DNA from: Azolla caroliniana
Taxonomy: Eukaryota > Plantae > Polypodiophyta
DNA length: 64,000 nucleotides
Direction: 5' to 3'
NCBI GenBank assembly: GCA_043228905.1
Contig: JBHGNT010000057.1
Location: 1 to 64,000 of the forward strand
Shown: positions 27,501-43,400 of the stretch, piece after piece
Position numbering within the stretch: position 1 is the stretch's first letter
Layout of the letters: each line of letters starts with the position of its first letter
Program-made: the position numbers and the translations under genes
The notes under the pieces: model-generated
What the model was told of the DNA's origin: nothing
Databases searched by the model: none
Seen by the model: only the letters and a program-made list of their open reading frames with translations

Positions 27501-30500
27501 TTGTTAGCTTCGATTCGCATGTTTGAACACAAAAATCCGATATCACACGAGCCAGGTATGAACATTTTAATTTACTCAAGGGCTCCTCTCAACTCCCTGC
27601 TCAAATTTGGTAATTTCGTCCTGTCTCTCGACCTGAGCTTCAAAATCTTGATTTTTTAATTCCATATCATAGCTAGCGTTGTTAGCTTCGATTCGCAAGT
27701 TTGAACACAAAAATCCGATATCACACGAGCCAGGTATGAACATATTTTAATTTACTCAAGGGCTCCTCTCAACTTAGTCCTCAAATTTGGTAATTTCGTC
27801 ATGTCTCTCGACCTGAGTTTCAAAATCTTGATTTTTTAATTCCATATGATAGCTAGCGTTGTTAGCTTCGATTCGCATGTTTGAACACAAAAATCCGATA
27901 TCACACTCGCCAGGTATGAACATTTTAATTTACTCAAGGGTTCCTCTCAACTCCCTCCTCAAATTTGGTAATTTCGTCATGTCTCTCGACCTGAGTTTCA
28001 AAATCTTGATTTTTTAATTCCATATCATAGCTAGCGTTGTTAGCTTCGATTCGCAAGTTTGAACACAAAAATCCGATATCACACGAGCCAGGTATGAACA
28101 TTTTAATTTACTCAAGGGTTCCTCTCAACTCCCTCCTCAAATTTGGTAATTTCGTCATGTCTCTCGACCTGAGTTTCAAAATCTTGATTTTTTAATTCCT
28201 TATCATAGCTAGCGTTGTTAGCTTCGATTCGCATGTTTGAATACAAAAATCCGATATCACACGAGCCAGGTATGAACATTTTAATTTACTCAAGGGCTCC
28301 TTTGAACTCCCTCCTCAAATGTGGTAATTTCGTCATGTCTCTCGACCTGAGTTTCAAAATCTTGATTTTTTAATTCCATATCATAGCTAGCGTTGTTGGC
28401 TTCGATTCGCATGTTTGAATACAAAAATCCGATATCACACGAGCCAGGTATGAACATTTTAATTTACTCAAGGGCTCCTTTGAACTCCCTCCTCAAATTT
28501 GGTAATTTCGTCATGTATCTCGACCTGAGTTTCAAAATCTTCATTTTTTAATTCCATATCATAGCTAGCGTTGTTAGCTTCGATTCGCATGTTTGAACAC
28601 AAAAATCCGATATCACACTCGCCAGGTATGAACATTTTAATTTACCTACTAGCTCTTCTCAAGTCCCTCCTCAAATTATGTAATTTCGTCATGTCTCTCG
28701 ACCTGAGCTTCAAAATCTTGATTTTTTAATTCCATATCATAGCTAGCGTTGTTAGCTTCGATTCGCAAGTTTCAACACAAAAATCCGATATCACACGAGC
28801 CAGGTATGAACATATTTTAATTTACTCAAGGGCTCCTTTGAACTCCCTCCTCAAATGTGGTAATTTCGTCATGTCTCTCGACCTGAGTTTCAAAATCTTG
28901 ATTTTTTAATTCCATATCATAGCTAGCGTTGTTAGCTTCGATTCGCATGTTTGAACACAAGAATCCGATATCACACGACCCAGGTATGAACATTTTAATT
29001 TACCTACTAGCTCTTCTAAACTCACTCCTCAAATTTGGTAATTTCGTCATGTCTCTCGACCTGAGCTTCAAAATCTTGATTTTTTAATTCCATATCATAG
29101 CTAGCGTTGTTAGCTTCGATTCGCAAGTTTGAACACAAAAATCCGATATCACACGAGCCAGGTATGAACATATTTTAATTTACTCAAGGGCTCCTCTCAA
29201 CTTAGTCCTCAAATTTGGTAATTTCGTCATGTCTCTCGACCTGAGTTTCAAAATCTTGATTTTTTAATTCCATATGATAGCTAGCGTTGTTAGCTTCGAT
29301 TCGCATGTTTGAACACAAAAATCCGATATCACACTCGCCATGTATGAACATTTTAATTTACTCAAGGGTTCCTCTCAACTCCCTCCTCAAATTTGGTAAT
29401 TTCGTCATGTCTCTCGACCTGAGTTTCAAAATCTTGATTTTTTAATTCCATATCATAGCTAGCGTTGTTAGCTTCGATTCGCATGTTTGAATACAAAAAT
29501 CCGATATCACACGAGCCAGGTATGAACATTTTAATTTACTTAAGGGCTCCTTTGAACTCCCTCCTCAAATGTGGTAATTTCGTCATGTCTCTCGACCTGA
29601 GTTTCAAAATCTTGATTTTTTAAGTCCATATCATAGCTAGCGTTGTTAGCTTCGATTCGCATGTTTGAACACACAAATCCGATATCACACTCGCCAGGTA
29701 TGAACATTTTAATTTACTCAAGAGCTCTTGTGAACTCCCTCCTCAAATGTGGTAATTTCGTCATGTCTCTCGACCTGAGTTTCAAAATCTTGATTTTTTA
29801 ATTCCATATCATAGCTAGCGTTGTTAGCTTCGATTCGCATGTTTGAACACAAAAATACGATATCACACGAGCCAGGTATGAACATTTTAATTTACTCAAG
29901 GGTTCCTCTCAACGCCCTCCTCAAATTTGGTAATTTCGTCATGTCTCTCGACCTGAGTTTCAAAATCTTGATTTTTTAATTCCATATGATAGCTAGCGTT
30001 GTTAGCTTCGATTCGCATGTTTGAACACAAAAATCCGATATCACACGAGCCAGGTATGAACATTTTAATTTACTCAAGGGCTCCTCTCAACTCCCTGCTC
30101 AAATTTGGTAATTTCGTCCTGTCTCTCGACCTGAGTTTCAAAATCTTGATTTTTTAATTCCATATCATAGCTAGCGTTGGTAGCTTCGATTCGCATGTTT
30201 GAATACAAAAATCCGATATCACACGAGCCAAGTATGAACATTTTAATTTACTCAAGGGCTCCTTTGAACTCCCTCCTCAAATGTGGTAATTTCGTCATGT
30301 CTCTCGACCTGAGTTTCAAAATCTTCATTTTTTAATTCCATATCATAGCTAGCGTTGTTAGCTTCGATTCGCATGTTTGAACAGAAAAATCCGATATCAC
30401 ACTCGCCAGGTATGAACATTTTAATTTACCTACTAGCTCTTCTCAAGTCCCTCCTCAAATTATGTAATTTCGTCATGTCTCTCGACCTGAGCTTCAAAAT

Positions 30501-31450
30501 CTTGATTTTTTAATTCCATATCATAGCTAGCGTTGTTAGCTTCGATTCGCAAGTTTGAACACAAAAATCCGATATCACACGAGCCAGGTATGAACATATT
30601 TTAATTTACTCAAGGGCTCCTCTCAACTTAGTCCTCAAATTTGGTAATTTCGTCATGTCTCTCGACCTGAGTTTCAAAATCTTGATTTTTTAATTCAATA
30701 TGATAGCTAGCGTTGTTAGCTTCGATTCGCATGTTTGAACACAAAAATCCGATATCACACGAGCCAGGTATGAACATATTTTAATTTACTCAAGGGCTCC
30801 TCTCAACTCCCTGCTCAAATTTGGTAATTTCGTCATGTCTCTCGACCTGAGTTTCAAAATCTTGATTTTTTAATTCCATATCATAGCTAGCGTTGTTAGC
30901 TTCGATTCGCATGTTTGAACACAAAAATACGATATCACACGAGCCAGGTATGAACATTTTAATTTACTCAAGGGTTCCTCTCAACGCCCTCCTCAAATTT
31001 GGTAATTTCGTCATGTCTCTCGACCTGAGTTTCAAAATCTTGATTTTTTAATTCCATATGATAGCTAGCGTTGTTAGCTTCGATTCGCATGTTTGAACAC
31101 AAAAATCCGATATCACACGAGCCAGGTATGAACATTTTAATTTACTCAAGGGCTCCTCTCAACTCCCTGCTCAAATTTGGTAATTTCGTCCTGTCTCTCG
31201 ACCTGAGTTTCAAAATCTTGATTTTTTAATTCCATATCATAGCTAGCGTTGGTAGCTTCGATTCGCATGTTTGAATACAAAAATCCGATATCACACGAGC
31301 CAAGTATGAACATTTTAATTTACTCAAGGGCTCCTTTGAACTCCCTCCTCAAATGTGGTAATTTCGTCATGTCTCTCGACCTGAGTTTCAAAATCTTCAT
31401 TTTTTAATTCCATATCATAGCTAGCGTTGTTAGCTTCGATTCGCATGTTT
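24600..31450. repeat. Local 6-monomer (1072 bp) higher-order repeats, two patches
   Basis: Variant AAAATACGA at 25572/26644 and 29856/30928, each pair 1072 bp apart (4x178 + 2x180). Boundaries approximate. Confidence 0.75.
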
Positions 31451-34400
31451 GAACAGAAAAATCCGATATCACACGAGCCAGGTATGAACATTTTAATTTA
31501 CCTACTAGCTCTTCTCAACTCATTCCTCAAATTTGGTAATTTCGTCATGTCTCTCGACCTGAGTTTTAAAATCTTGATTTTTTAATTCCATATCATAGCT
31601 AGCGTTGTTAGCTTCGATTCGCAAGTTTGAACACAAAAATCCGATATCACACGAGCCAGGTATGAACATTTTAATTTACTCAAGGGCTCCTTTGAACTCC
31701 CTCCTCAAATTTGGTAATTTCGTCATGTATCTCGACCTGAGTTTCAAAATCTTGATTTTTTAATTCCATATCATAGCTAGCGTTGTTAGCTTCGATTCGC
31801 ATGTTTGAACACAAAAATCCGATATCACACTCGCCAGGTATGAACATTTTAATTTACCTACTAGCTCTTCTCAAGTCCCTCCTCAAATTATGTAATTTCG
31901 TCATGTCTCTCGACCTGAGCTTCAAAATCTTGATTTTTTAATTCCATATCATAGCTAGCGTTGTTAGCTTCGATTCGCAAGTTTGAACACAAAAATCCGA
32001 TATCACACGAGCCAGGTATGAACATTTTAATTTACTCAAGGGCTCCTTTGAACTCCCTCCTCAAATGTGGTAATTTCGTCATGTCTCTCGACCTGAGTTT
32101 CAAAATCTTGATTTTTTAATTCCATATGATAGCTAGTGTTGTTAGCTTCGATTCGCATGTTTGAATACAAAAATCCGATATCACACGAGCCAGGTATGAA
32201 CATTTTAATTTACTCAAGGGCTCCTTTGAACTCCCTCCTCAAATTTGGTAATTTCGTCATGTATCTCGACCTGAGTTTCAAAATCTTGATTTTTTAATTC
32301 CTTATCATAGCTAGCGTTGTTAGCTTCGATTCGCATGTTTGAACACAAAAATCCGATATCACACGAGCCAGGTATGAACATTTTAATTTACCTACTAGCT
32401 CTTCTCAAGTCCCTCCTCAAATTATGTAATTTCGTCATGTCTCTCGACCTGAGCTTCAAAATCTTGATTTTTTAATTCCATATCATAGCTAGCGTTGTTA
32501 GCTTCGATTCGCAAGTTTGAACACAAAAATCCGATATCACACGAGCCAGGTATGAACATATTTTAATTTACTCAAGGGCTCCTTTGAACTCCCTCCTCAA
32601 ATGTGGTAATTTCGTCATGTCTCTCGACCTGAGTTTCAAAATCTTGATTTTTAATTCCATATCATAGCTAGCGTTGTTAGCTTCGATTCGCATGTTTGAA
32701 CACAAAAATCCGATATCACACGAGCCAGGTATGAACATATTTTAATTTACTCAAGGGCTCCTCTCAACTCCCTGCTCAAATTTGGTAATTTCGTCATGTC
32801 TCTCGACCTGAGTTTCAAAATCTTGATTTTTTAATTCCATATCATAGCTAGCGTTGTTAGCTTCGATTCGCATGTTTGAACACAAAAATACGATATCACA
32901 CGAGCCAGGTATGAACATTTTAATTTACTCAAGGGTTCCTCTCAACGCCCTCCTCAAATTTGGTAATTTCGTCATGTCTCTCGACCTGAGTTTCAAAATC
33001 TTGATTTTTTAATTCCATATGATAGCTAGCGTTGTTAGCTTCGATTCGCATGTTTGAACACAAAAATCCGATATCACACGAGCCAGGTATGAACATTTTA
33101 ATTTACTCAAGGGCTCCTCTCAACTCCCTGCTCAAATTTGGTAATTTCGTCCTGTCTCTCGACCTGAGTTTCAAAATCTTGATTTTTTAATTCCATATCA
33201 TAGCTAGCGTTGGTAGCTTCGATTCGCATGTTTGAATACAAAAATCCGATATCACACGAGCCAAGTATGAACATTTTAATTTACTCAAGGGCTCCTTTGA
33301 ACTCCCTCCTCAAATGTGGTAATTTCGTCATGTCTCTCGACCTGAGTTTCAAAATCTTCATTTTTTAATTCCATATCATAGCTAGCGTTGTTAGCTTCGA
33401 TTCGCATGTTTGAACAGAAAAATCCGATATCACACGAGCCAGGTATGAACATTTTAATTTACCTACTAGCTCTTCTCAACTCATTCCTCAAATTTGGTAA
33501 TTTCGTCATGTCTCTCGACCTGAGTTTTAAAATCTTGATTTTTTAATTCCATATCATAGCTAGCGTTGTTAGCTTCGATTCGCAAGTTTGAACACAAAAA
33601 TCCGATATCACACGAGCCAGGTATGAACATTTTAATTTACTCAAGGGCTCCTTTGAACTCCCTCCTCAAATTTGGTAATTTCGTCATGTATCTCGACCTG
33701 AGTTTCAAAATCTTCATTTTTTAATTCCATATCATAGCTAGCGTTGTTAGCTTCGATTCGCATGTTTGAACACAAAAATCCGATATCACACTCGCCAGGT
33801 ATGAACATTTTAATTTACCTACTAGCTCTTCTCAAGTCCCTCCTCAAATTATGTAATTTCGTCATGTCTCTCGACCTGAGCTTCAAAATCTTGATTTTTT
33901 AATTCCATATCATAGCTAGCGTTGTTAGCTTCGATTCGCAAGTTTGAACACAAAAATCCGATATCACACGAGCCAGGTATGAACATTTTAATTTACTCAA
34001 GGGCTCCTTTGAACTCCCTCCTCAAATGTGGTAATTTCGTCATGTCTCTCGACCTGAGTTTCAAAATCTTGATTTTTTAATTCCATATGATAGCTAGTGT
34101 TGTTAGCTTCGATTCGCATGTTTGAATACAAAAATCCGATATCACACGAGCCAGGTATGAACATTTTAATTTACTCAAGGGCTCCTTTGAACTCCCTCCT
34201 CAAATTTGGTAATTTCGTCATGTATCTCGACCTGAGTTTCAAAATCTTGATTTTTTAATTCCTTATCATAGCTAGCGTTGTTAGCTTCGATTCGCATGTT
34301 TGAACACAAAAATCCGATATCACACGAGCCAGGTATGAACATTTTAATTTACCTACTAGCTCTTCTCAAGTCCCTCCTCAAATTATGTAATTTCGTCATG

Positions 34401-37400
34401 TCTCTCGACCTGAGCTTCAAAATCTTGATTTTTTAATTCCATATCATAGCTAGCGTTGTTAGCTTCGATTCGCAAGTTTGAACACAAAAATCCGATATCA
34501 CACGAGCCAGGTATGAACATATTTTAATTTACTCAAGGGCTCCTTTGAACTCCCTCCTCAAATGTGGTAATTTCGTCATGTCTCTCGACCTGAGTTTCAA
34601 AATCTTGATTTTTAATTCCATATCATAGCTAGCGTTGTTAGCTTCGATTCGCATGTTTGAACACAAAAATCCGATATCACACGAGCCAGGTATGAACATT
34701 TTAATTTACTCAAGGGTTCCTCTCAACTCCCTCCTCAAATTTGGTAATTTCGTCATGTCTCTCGACCTGAGTTTCAAAATCTTGATTTTTTAATTCCATA
34801 TCATAGCTAGCGTTGTTAGCTTCGATTCGCAAGTTTGAACACAAAAATCCGATATCACACGAGCCAGGTATGAACATTCTAATTTACTCAAGGGTTCCTC
34901 TCAACTCCCTCCTCAAATTTGGTAATTTCGTCATGTCTCTCGACCTGAGTTTCAAAATCTTGATTTTTTAATTCCATATCATAGCTAGCGTTGTTAGCTT
35001 CGATTCGCAAGTTTGAACACAAAAATCCGATATCACACGAGCCAGGTATGAACATATTTTAATTTACTCAAGGGCTCCTTTGAACTCCCTCCTCAAATGT
35101 GGTAATTTCGTCATGTCTCTCGACCTGAGTTTCAAAATCTTGATTTTTTAATTCCATATCATAGCTAGCGTTGTTGGCTTCGATTCGCATGTTTGAATAC
35201 AAAAATCCGATATCACACGAGCCAGGTATGAACATTTTAATTTACTCAAGGGCTCCTCTCAACTCCCTCCTCAAATTTGGTAATTTCGTCATGTATCTCG
35301 ACCTGAGTTTCAAAATCTTCATTTTTTAATTCCATATCATAGCTAGCGTTGTTAGCTTCGATTCGCATGTTTGAACACAAAAATCCGATATCACACTCGC
35401 CAGGTATGAACATTTTAATTTACCTACTAGCTCTTCTCAAGTCCCTCCTCAAATTATGTAATTTCGTCATGTCTCTCGACCTGAGCTTCAAAATCTTGAT
35501 TTTTTAATTCCATATCATAGCTAGCGTTGTTAGCTTCGATTCGCAAGTTTGAACACAAAAATCCGATATCACACTCGCCAGGTATGAACATTTTAATTTA
35601 CCTACTAGCTCTTCTCAAGTCCATCCTCAAATTATGTAATTTCGTCATGTCTCTCGACCTGAGCTTCAAAATCTTGATTTTTTAATTCCATATCATAGCT
35701 AGCGTTGTTGGCTTCGATTCGCAAGTTTGAACACAAAAATCCGATATCACACGAGCCAGGTATGAACATATTTTAATTTACTCAAGGGCTCCTCTCAACT
35801 CCCTGCTCAAATTTGGTAATTTCGTCATGTCTCTCGACCTGAGTTTCAAAATCTTGATTTTTTAATTCCATATCATAGCTAGCGTTGTTAGCTTCGATTC
35901 GCATGTTTGAACACAAAAATCCGATATCACACGAGCCAGGTATGAACATATTTTAATTTACTCAAGGGCTCCTCTCAACTCCCTCCTCAAATTTGGTAAT
36001 TTCGTCATGTCTCTCGACCTGAGTTTCAAAATCTTGATTTTTTAATTCCATATCATAGCTGGCGTTGTTAGCTTCGATTCGCATGTTTGAATACAAAAAT
36101 CCGATATCACACGAGCCAGGTATGAACATATTTTAATTTACTCAAGGGCTCCTTTGAACTCCCTCCTCAAATGTGGTAATTTCGTCATGTCTCTCGACCT
36201 GAGTTTCAAAATCTTGATTTTTTAATTCCATATCATAGCTAGCGTTGTTAGCTTCGATTCGCATGTTTGAACACAAAAATCCGATATCACACGAGCCAGG
36301 TATGAACATTTTAATTTACTCAAGGGGTCCTTTGAACTCCCTCCTCAAATGTGGTAATTTCGTCATGTCTCTCGACCTGAGTTTCAAAATCTTGATTTTT
36401 TAAGTCCATATCATAGCTAGCGTTGTTAGCTTCGATTCGCAAGTTTGAACACAAAAATCCGATATCACACGAGCCAGGTATGAACATTTTAATTTACCTA
36501 CTAGCTCTTCTCAACTCATTCCTCAAATTTGGTAATTTCGTCATGTCTCTCGACCTGAGTTTTAAAATCTTGATTTTTTAAGTCCATATGATAGCTAGCG
36601 TTGTTAGCTTCGATTCGCATGTTTGAACACAAAAATCCGATATCACACTCGCCAGGTATGAACATTTTAATTTACTCAAGGGTTCCTCCCAACTCCCTCC
36701 TCAAATTTGGTAATTTCGTCATGTCTCTCGACCTGAGTTTCAAAATCTTGATTTTTTAATTCCATATCATAGCTAGCGTTGTTAGCTTCGATTCGCATGT
36801 TTGAATACAAAAATCCGATATCACACGAGCCAGGTATGAACATTTTAATTTACTCAAGGGCTCCTTTGAACTCCCTCCTCAAATGTGGTAATTTCGTCAT
36901 GTATCTCGACCTGAGTTTCAAAATCTTGATTTTTTAATTCCATATCATAGCTAGCGTTGTTGGCTTCGATTCGCATGTTTGAATACAAAAATCCGATATC
37001 ACACGAGCCAGGTATGAACATTTTAATTTACTCAAGGGCTCCTTTGAACTCCCTCCTCAAATTTGGTAATTTCGTCATGTATCTCGACCTGAGTTTCAAA
37101 ATCTTCATTTTTTAATTCCATATCATAGCTAGCGTTGTTAGCTTCGATTCGCATGTTTGAACACAAAAATCCGATATCACACTCGCCAGGTATGAACATT
37201 TTAATTTACCTACTAGCTCTTCTCAAGTCCCTCCTCAAATTATGTAATTTCGTCATGTCTCTCGACCTGAGCTTCAAAATCTTGATTTTTTAATTCCATA
37301 TCATAGCTAGCGTTGTTAGCTTCGATTCGCAAGTTTGAACACAAAAATCCGATATCACACGAGCCAGGTATGAACATATTTTAATTTACTCAAGGGCTCC

Positions 37401-40400
37401 TTTGAACTCCCTCCTCAAATGTGGTAATTTCGTCATGTCTCTCGACCTGAGTTTCAAAATCTTGATTTTTTAATTCCATATGATAGCTAGCGTTGTTAGC
37501 TTCGATTCGCATGTTTGAACACAAAAATCCGATATCACACGAGCCAGGTATGAACATTTTAATTTACTCAAGGTCTCCTCTCAACTCCCTGCTCAAATTT
37601 GGTAATTTCGTCCTGTCTCTCGACTTGAGCTTCAAAATCTTGATTTTTTAATTCCATATCATAGCTAGCGTTGTTAGCTTCGATTCGCATGTTTGAACAC
37701 AAAAAACCGATATCACACGAGCCAGGTATGAACATATTTTAATTTACTCAAGGGCTCCTCTCAACTTAGTCCTCAAATTTGGTAATTTCGTCATGTCTCT
37801 CGACCTGAGTTTCAAAATCTTGATTTTTTAATTCAATATGATAGCTAGCGTTGTTAGCTTCGATTCGCATGTTTGAACACAAAAATCCGATATCACACGA
37901 GCCAGGTATGAACATATTTTAATTTACTCAAGGGCTCCTCTCAACTCCCTGCTCAAATTTGGTAATTTCGTCATGTCTCTCGACCTGAGTTTCAAAATCT
38001 TGATTTTTTAATTCCATATCATAGCTAGCGTTGTTAGCTTCGATTCGCATGTTTGAACACAAAAATACGATATCACACGAGCCAGGTATGAACATTTTAA
38101 TTTACTCAAGGGTTCCTCTCAACGCCCTCCTCAAATTTGGTAATTTCGTCATGTCTCTCGACCTGAGTTTCAAAATCTTGATTTTTTAATTCCATATGAT
38201 AGCTAGCGTTGTTAGCTTCGATTCGCATGTTTGAACACAAAAATCCGATATCACACGAGCCAGGTATGAACATTTTAATTTACTCAAGGTCTCCTCTCAA
38301 CTCCCTCCTCAAATTTGGTAATTTCGTCCTGTCTCTCGACTTGAGCTTCAAAATCTTGATTTTTTAATTCCATATCATAGCTAGCGTTGTTAGCTTCGAT
38401 TCGCATGTTTGAACACAAAAAACCGATATCACACGAGCCAGGTATGAACATATTTTAATTTACTCAAGGGCTCCTCTCAACTTAGTCCTCAAATTTGGTA
38501 ATTTCGTCATGTCTCTCGACCTGAGTTTCAAAATCTTGATTTTTTAATTCAATATGATAGCTAGCGTTGTTAGCTTCGATTCGCATGTTTGAACACAAAA
38601 ATCCGATATCACACGAGCCAGGTATGAACATATTTTAATTTACTCAAGGGCTCCTCTCAACTCCCTGCTCAAATTTGGTAATTTCGTCATGTCTCTCGAC
38701 CTGAGTTTCAAAATCTTCATTTTTTAATTCCATATCATAGCTAGCGTTGTTAGCTTCGATTCGCATGTTTGAACACAAAAATCCGATATCACACTCGCCA
38801 GGTATGAACATTTTAATTTACCTACTAGCTCTTCTCAAGTCCCTCCTCAAATTATGTAATTTCGTCATGTCTCTCGACCTGAGCTTCAAAATCTTGATTT
38901 TTTAATTCCATATCATAGCTAGCGTTGTTAGCTTCGATTCGCAAGTTTCAACACAAAAATCCGATATCACACGAGCCAGGTATGAACATATTTTAATTTA
39001 CTCAAGGGCTCCTTTGAACTCCCTCCTCAAATGTGGTAATTTCGTCATGTCTCTCGACCTGAGTTTCAAAATCTTGATTTTTTAATTCCATATCATAGCT
39101 AGCGTTGTTAGCTTCGATTCGCATGTTTGAACACAAAAATACGATATCACACGAGCCAGGTATGAACATTTTAATTTACTCAAGGGTTCCTCTCAACGCC
39201 CTCCTCAAATTTGGTAATTTCGTCATGTCTCTCGACCTGAGTTTCAAAATCTTGATTTTTTAATTCCTTATCATAGCTAGCGTTGTTAGCTTCGATTCGC
39301 ATGTTTGAATACAAAAATCCGATATCACACGAGCCAGGTATGAACATTTTAATTTACTCAAGGGCTCCTTTGAACTCCCTCCTCAAATGTGGTAATTTCG
39401 TCATGTCTCTCGACCTGAGTTTCAAAATCTTGATTTTTTAATTCCATATCATAGCTAGCGTTGTTGGCTTCGATTCGCATGTTTGAATACAAAAATCCGA
39501 TATCACACGAGCCAGGTATGAACATTTTAATTTACCTACTAGCTCTTCTCAAGTCCCTCCTCAAATTATGTAATTTCGTCATGTCTCTCGACCTGAGCTT
39601 CAAAATCTTGATTTTTTAATTCCATATCATAGCTAGCGTTGTTAGCTTCAATTCGCATGTTTGAACACAAAAATCCGATATCACACTCGCCAGGTATGAA
39701 CATTTCAATTTACCTACTAGCTCTTCTCAAGTCCCTCCTCAAATTATGTATTTTCGTCATGTCTCTCGACCTGAGCTTCAAAATCTTGATTTTTTAATTC
39801 CATATCATAGCTAGCGTTGTTAGCTTCGATTCGCAAGTTTGAACACAAAAATCCGATATCACACGAGCCAGGTATGAACATATTTTAATTTACTCAAGGG
39901 CTCCTTTGAACTCCCTCCTCAAATGTGGTAATTTCGTCATGTCTCTCGACCTGAGTTTCAAAATCTTGATTTTTTAATTCCATATGATAGCTAGCGTTGT
40001 TAGCTTCGATTCGCATGTTTGAACACAAAAATCCGATATCACACGAGCCAGGTATGAACATTTTAATTTACTCAAGGGCTCCTCTCAACTCCCTGCTCAA
40101 ATTTGGTAATTTCGTCCTGTCTCTCGACCTGAGCTTCAAAATCTTGATTTTTTAATTCCATATCATAGCTAGCGTTGTTAGCTTCGATTCGCAAGTTTGA
40201 ACACAAAAATCCGATATCACACGAGCCAGGTATGAACATATTTTAATTTACTCAAGGGCTCCTCTCAACTTAGTCCTCAAATTTGGTAATTTCGTCATGT
40301 CTCTCGACCTGAGTTTCAAAATCTTGATTTTTTAATTCCATATGATAGCTAGCGTTGTTAGCTTCGATTCGCATGTTTGAACACAAAAATCCGATATCAC

Positions 40401-43400
40401 ACTCGCCAGGTATGAACATTTTAATTTACTCAAGGGTTCCTCTCAACTCCCTCCTCAAATTTGGTAATTTCGTCATGTCTCTCGACCTGAGTTTCAAAAT
40501 CTTGATTTTTTAATTCCATATCATAGCTAGCGTTGTTAGCTTCGATTCGCAAGTTTGAACACAAAAATCCGATATCACACGAGCCAGGTATGAACATTTT
40601 AATTTACTCAAGGGTTCCTCTCAACTCCCTCCTCAAATTTGGTAATTTCGTCATGTCTCTCGACCTGAGTTTCAAAATCTTGATTTTTTAATTCCTTATC
40701 ATAGCTAGCGTTGTTAGCTTCGATTCGCATGTTTGAATACAAAAATCCGATATCACACGAGCCAGGTATGAACATTTTAATTTACTCAAGGGCTCCTTTG
40801 AACTCCCTCCTCAAATGTGGTAATTTCGTCATGTCTCTCGACCTGAGTTTCAAAATCTTGATTTTTTAATTCCATATCATAGCTAGCGTTGTTGGCTTCG
40901 ATTCGCATGTTTGAATACAAAAATCCGATATCACACGAGCCAGGTATGAACATTTTAATTTACTCAAGGGCTCCTTTGAACTCCCTCCTCAAATTTGGTA
41001 ATTTCGTCATGTATCTCGACCTGAGTTTCAAAATCTTCATTTTTTAATTCCATATCATAGCTAGCGTTGTTAGCTTCGATTCGCATGTTTGAACACAAAA
41101 ATCCGATATCACACTCGCCAGGTATGAACATTTTAATTTACCTACTAGCTCTTCTCAAGTCCCTCCTCAAATTATGTAATTTCGTCATGTCTCTCGACCT
41201 GAGCTTCAAAATCTTGATTTTTTAATTCCATATCATAGCTAGCGTTGTTAGCTTCGATTCGCAAGTTTCAACACAAAAATCCGATATCACACGAGCCAGG
41301 TATGAACATATTTTAATTTACTCAAGGGCTCCTTTGAACTCCCTCCTCAAATGTGGTAATTTCGTCATGTCTCTCGACCTGAGTTTCAAAATCTTGATTT
41401 TTTAATTCCATATCATAGCTAGCGTTGTTAGCTTCGATTCGCATGTTTGAACACAAGAATCCGATATCACACGACCCAGGTATGAACATTTTAATTTACC
41501 TACTAGCTCTTCTAAACTCACTCCTCAAATTTGGTAATTTCGTCATGTCTCTCGACCTGAGCTTCAAAATCTTGATTTTTTAATTCCATATCATAGCTAG
41601 CGTTGTTAGCTTCGATTCGCAAGTTTGAACACAAAAATCCGATATCACACGAGCCAGGTATGAACATATTTTAATTTACTCAAGGGCTCCTCTCAACTTA
41701 GTCCTCAAATTTGGTAATTTCGTCATGTCTCTCGACCTGAGTTTCAAAATCTTGATTTTTTAATTCCATATGATAGCTAGCGTTGTTAGCTTCGATTCGC
41801 ATGTTTGAACACAAAAATCCGATATCACACGAGCCATGTATGAACATTTTAATTTACTCAAGGGTTCCTCTCAACTCCCTCCTCAAATTTGGTAATTTCG
41901 TCATGTCTCTCGACCTGAGTTTCAAAATCTTGATTTTTTAATTCCATATCATAGCTAGCGTTGTTAGCTTCGATTCGCATGTTTGAATACAAAAATCCGA
42001 TATCACACGAGCCAGGTATGAACATTTTAATTTACTTAAGGGCTCCTTTGAACTCCCTCCTCAAATGTGGTAATTTCGTCATGTCTCTCGACCTGAGTTT
42101 CAAAATCTTGATTTTTTAAGTCCATATCATAGCTAGCGTTGTTAGCTTCGATTCGCATGTTTGAACACACAAATCCGATATCACACTCGCCAGGTATGAA
42201 CATTTTAATTTACTCAAGAGCTCTTGTGAACTCCCTCCTCAAATGTCGTAATTTCGTCATGTCTCTCGACCTGAGTTTCAAAAGCTTGATTTTTTAATTC
42301 CATATCATAGCTAGCGTTGTTAGCTTCGATTCGCATGTTTGAACAGAAAAATCCGATATCACACGAGCCAGGTATGAACATTTTAATTTACCTACTAGCT
42401 CTTCTCAACTCATTCCTCAAATTTGGTAATTTCGTCATGTCTCTCGACCTGAGTTTTAAAATCTTGATTTTTTAATTCCATATCATAGCTAGCGTTGTTA
42501 GCTTCGATTCGCAAGTTTGAACACAAAAATCCGATATCACACGAGCCAGGTATGAACATTTTAATTTACTCAAGGGCTCCTTTGAACTCCCTCCTCAAAT
42601 TTGGTAATTTCGTCATGTATCTCGACCTGAGTTTCAAAATCTTCATTTTTTAATTCCATATCATAGCTAGCGTTGTTAGCTTCGATTCGCATGTTTGAAC
42701 ACAAAAATCCGATATCACACTCGCCAGGTATGAACATTTTAATTTACCTACTAGCTCTTCTCAAGTCCCTCCTCAAATTATGTAATTTCGTCATGTCTCT
42801 CGACCTGAGCTTCAAAATCTTGATTTTTTAATTCCATATCATAGCTAGCGTTGTTAGCTTCGATTCGCAAGTTTGAACACAAAAATCCGATATCACACGA
42901 GCCAGGTATGAACATTTTAATTTACTCAAGGGCTCCTTTGAACTCCCTCCTCAAATGTGGTAATTTCGTCATGTCTCTCGACCTGAGTTTCAAAATCTTG
43001 ATTTTTTAATTCCATATGATAGCTAGTGTTGTTAGCTTCGATTCGCATGTTTGAATACAAAAATCCGATATCACACGAGCCAGGTATGAACATTTTAATT
43101 TACTCAAGGGCTCCTTTGAACTCCCTCCTCAAATTTGGTAATTTCGTCATGTATCTCGACCTGAGTTTCAAAATCTTCATTTTTTAATTCCTTATCATAG
43201 CTAGCGTTGTTAGCTTCGATTCGCATGTTTGAACACAAAAATCCGATATCACACGAGCCAGGTATGAACATTTTAATTTACCTACTAGCTCTTCTCAAGT
43301 CCCTCCTCAAATTATGTAATTTCGTCATGTCTCTCGACCTGAGCTTCAAAATCTTGATTTTTTAATTCCATATCATAGCTAGCGTTGTTAGCTTCGATTC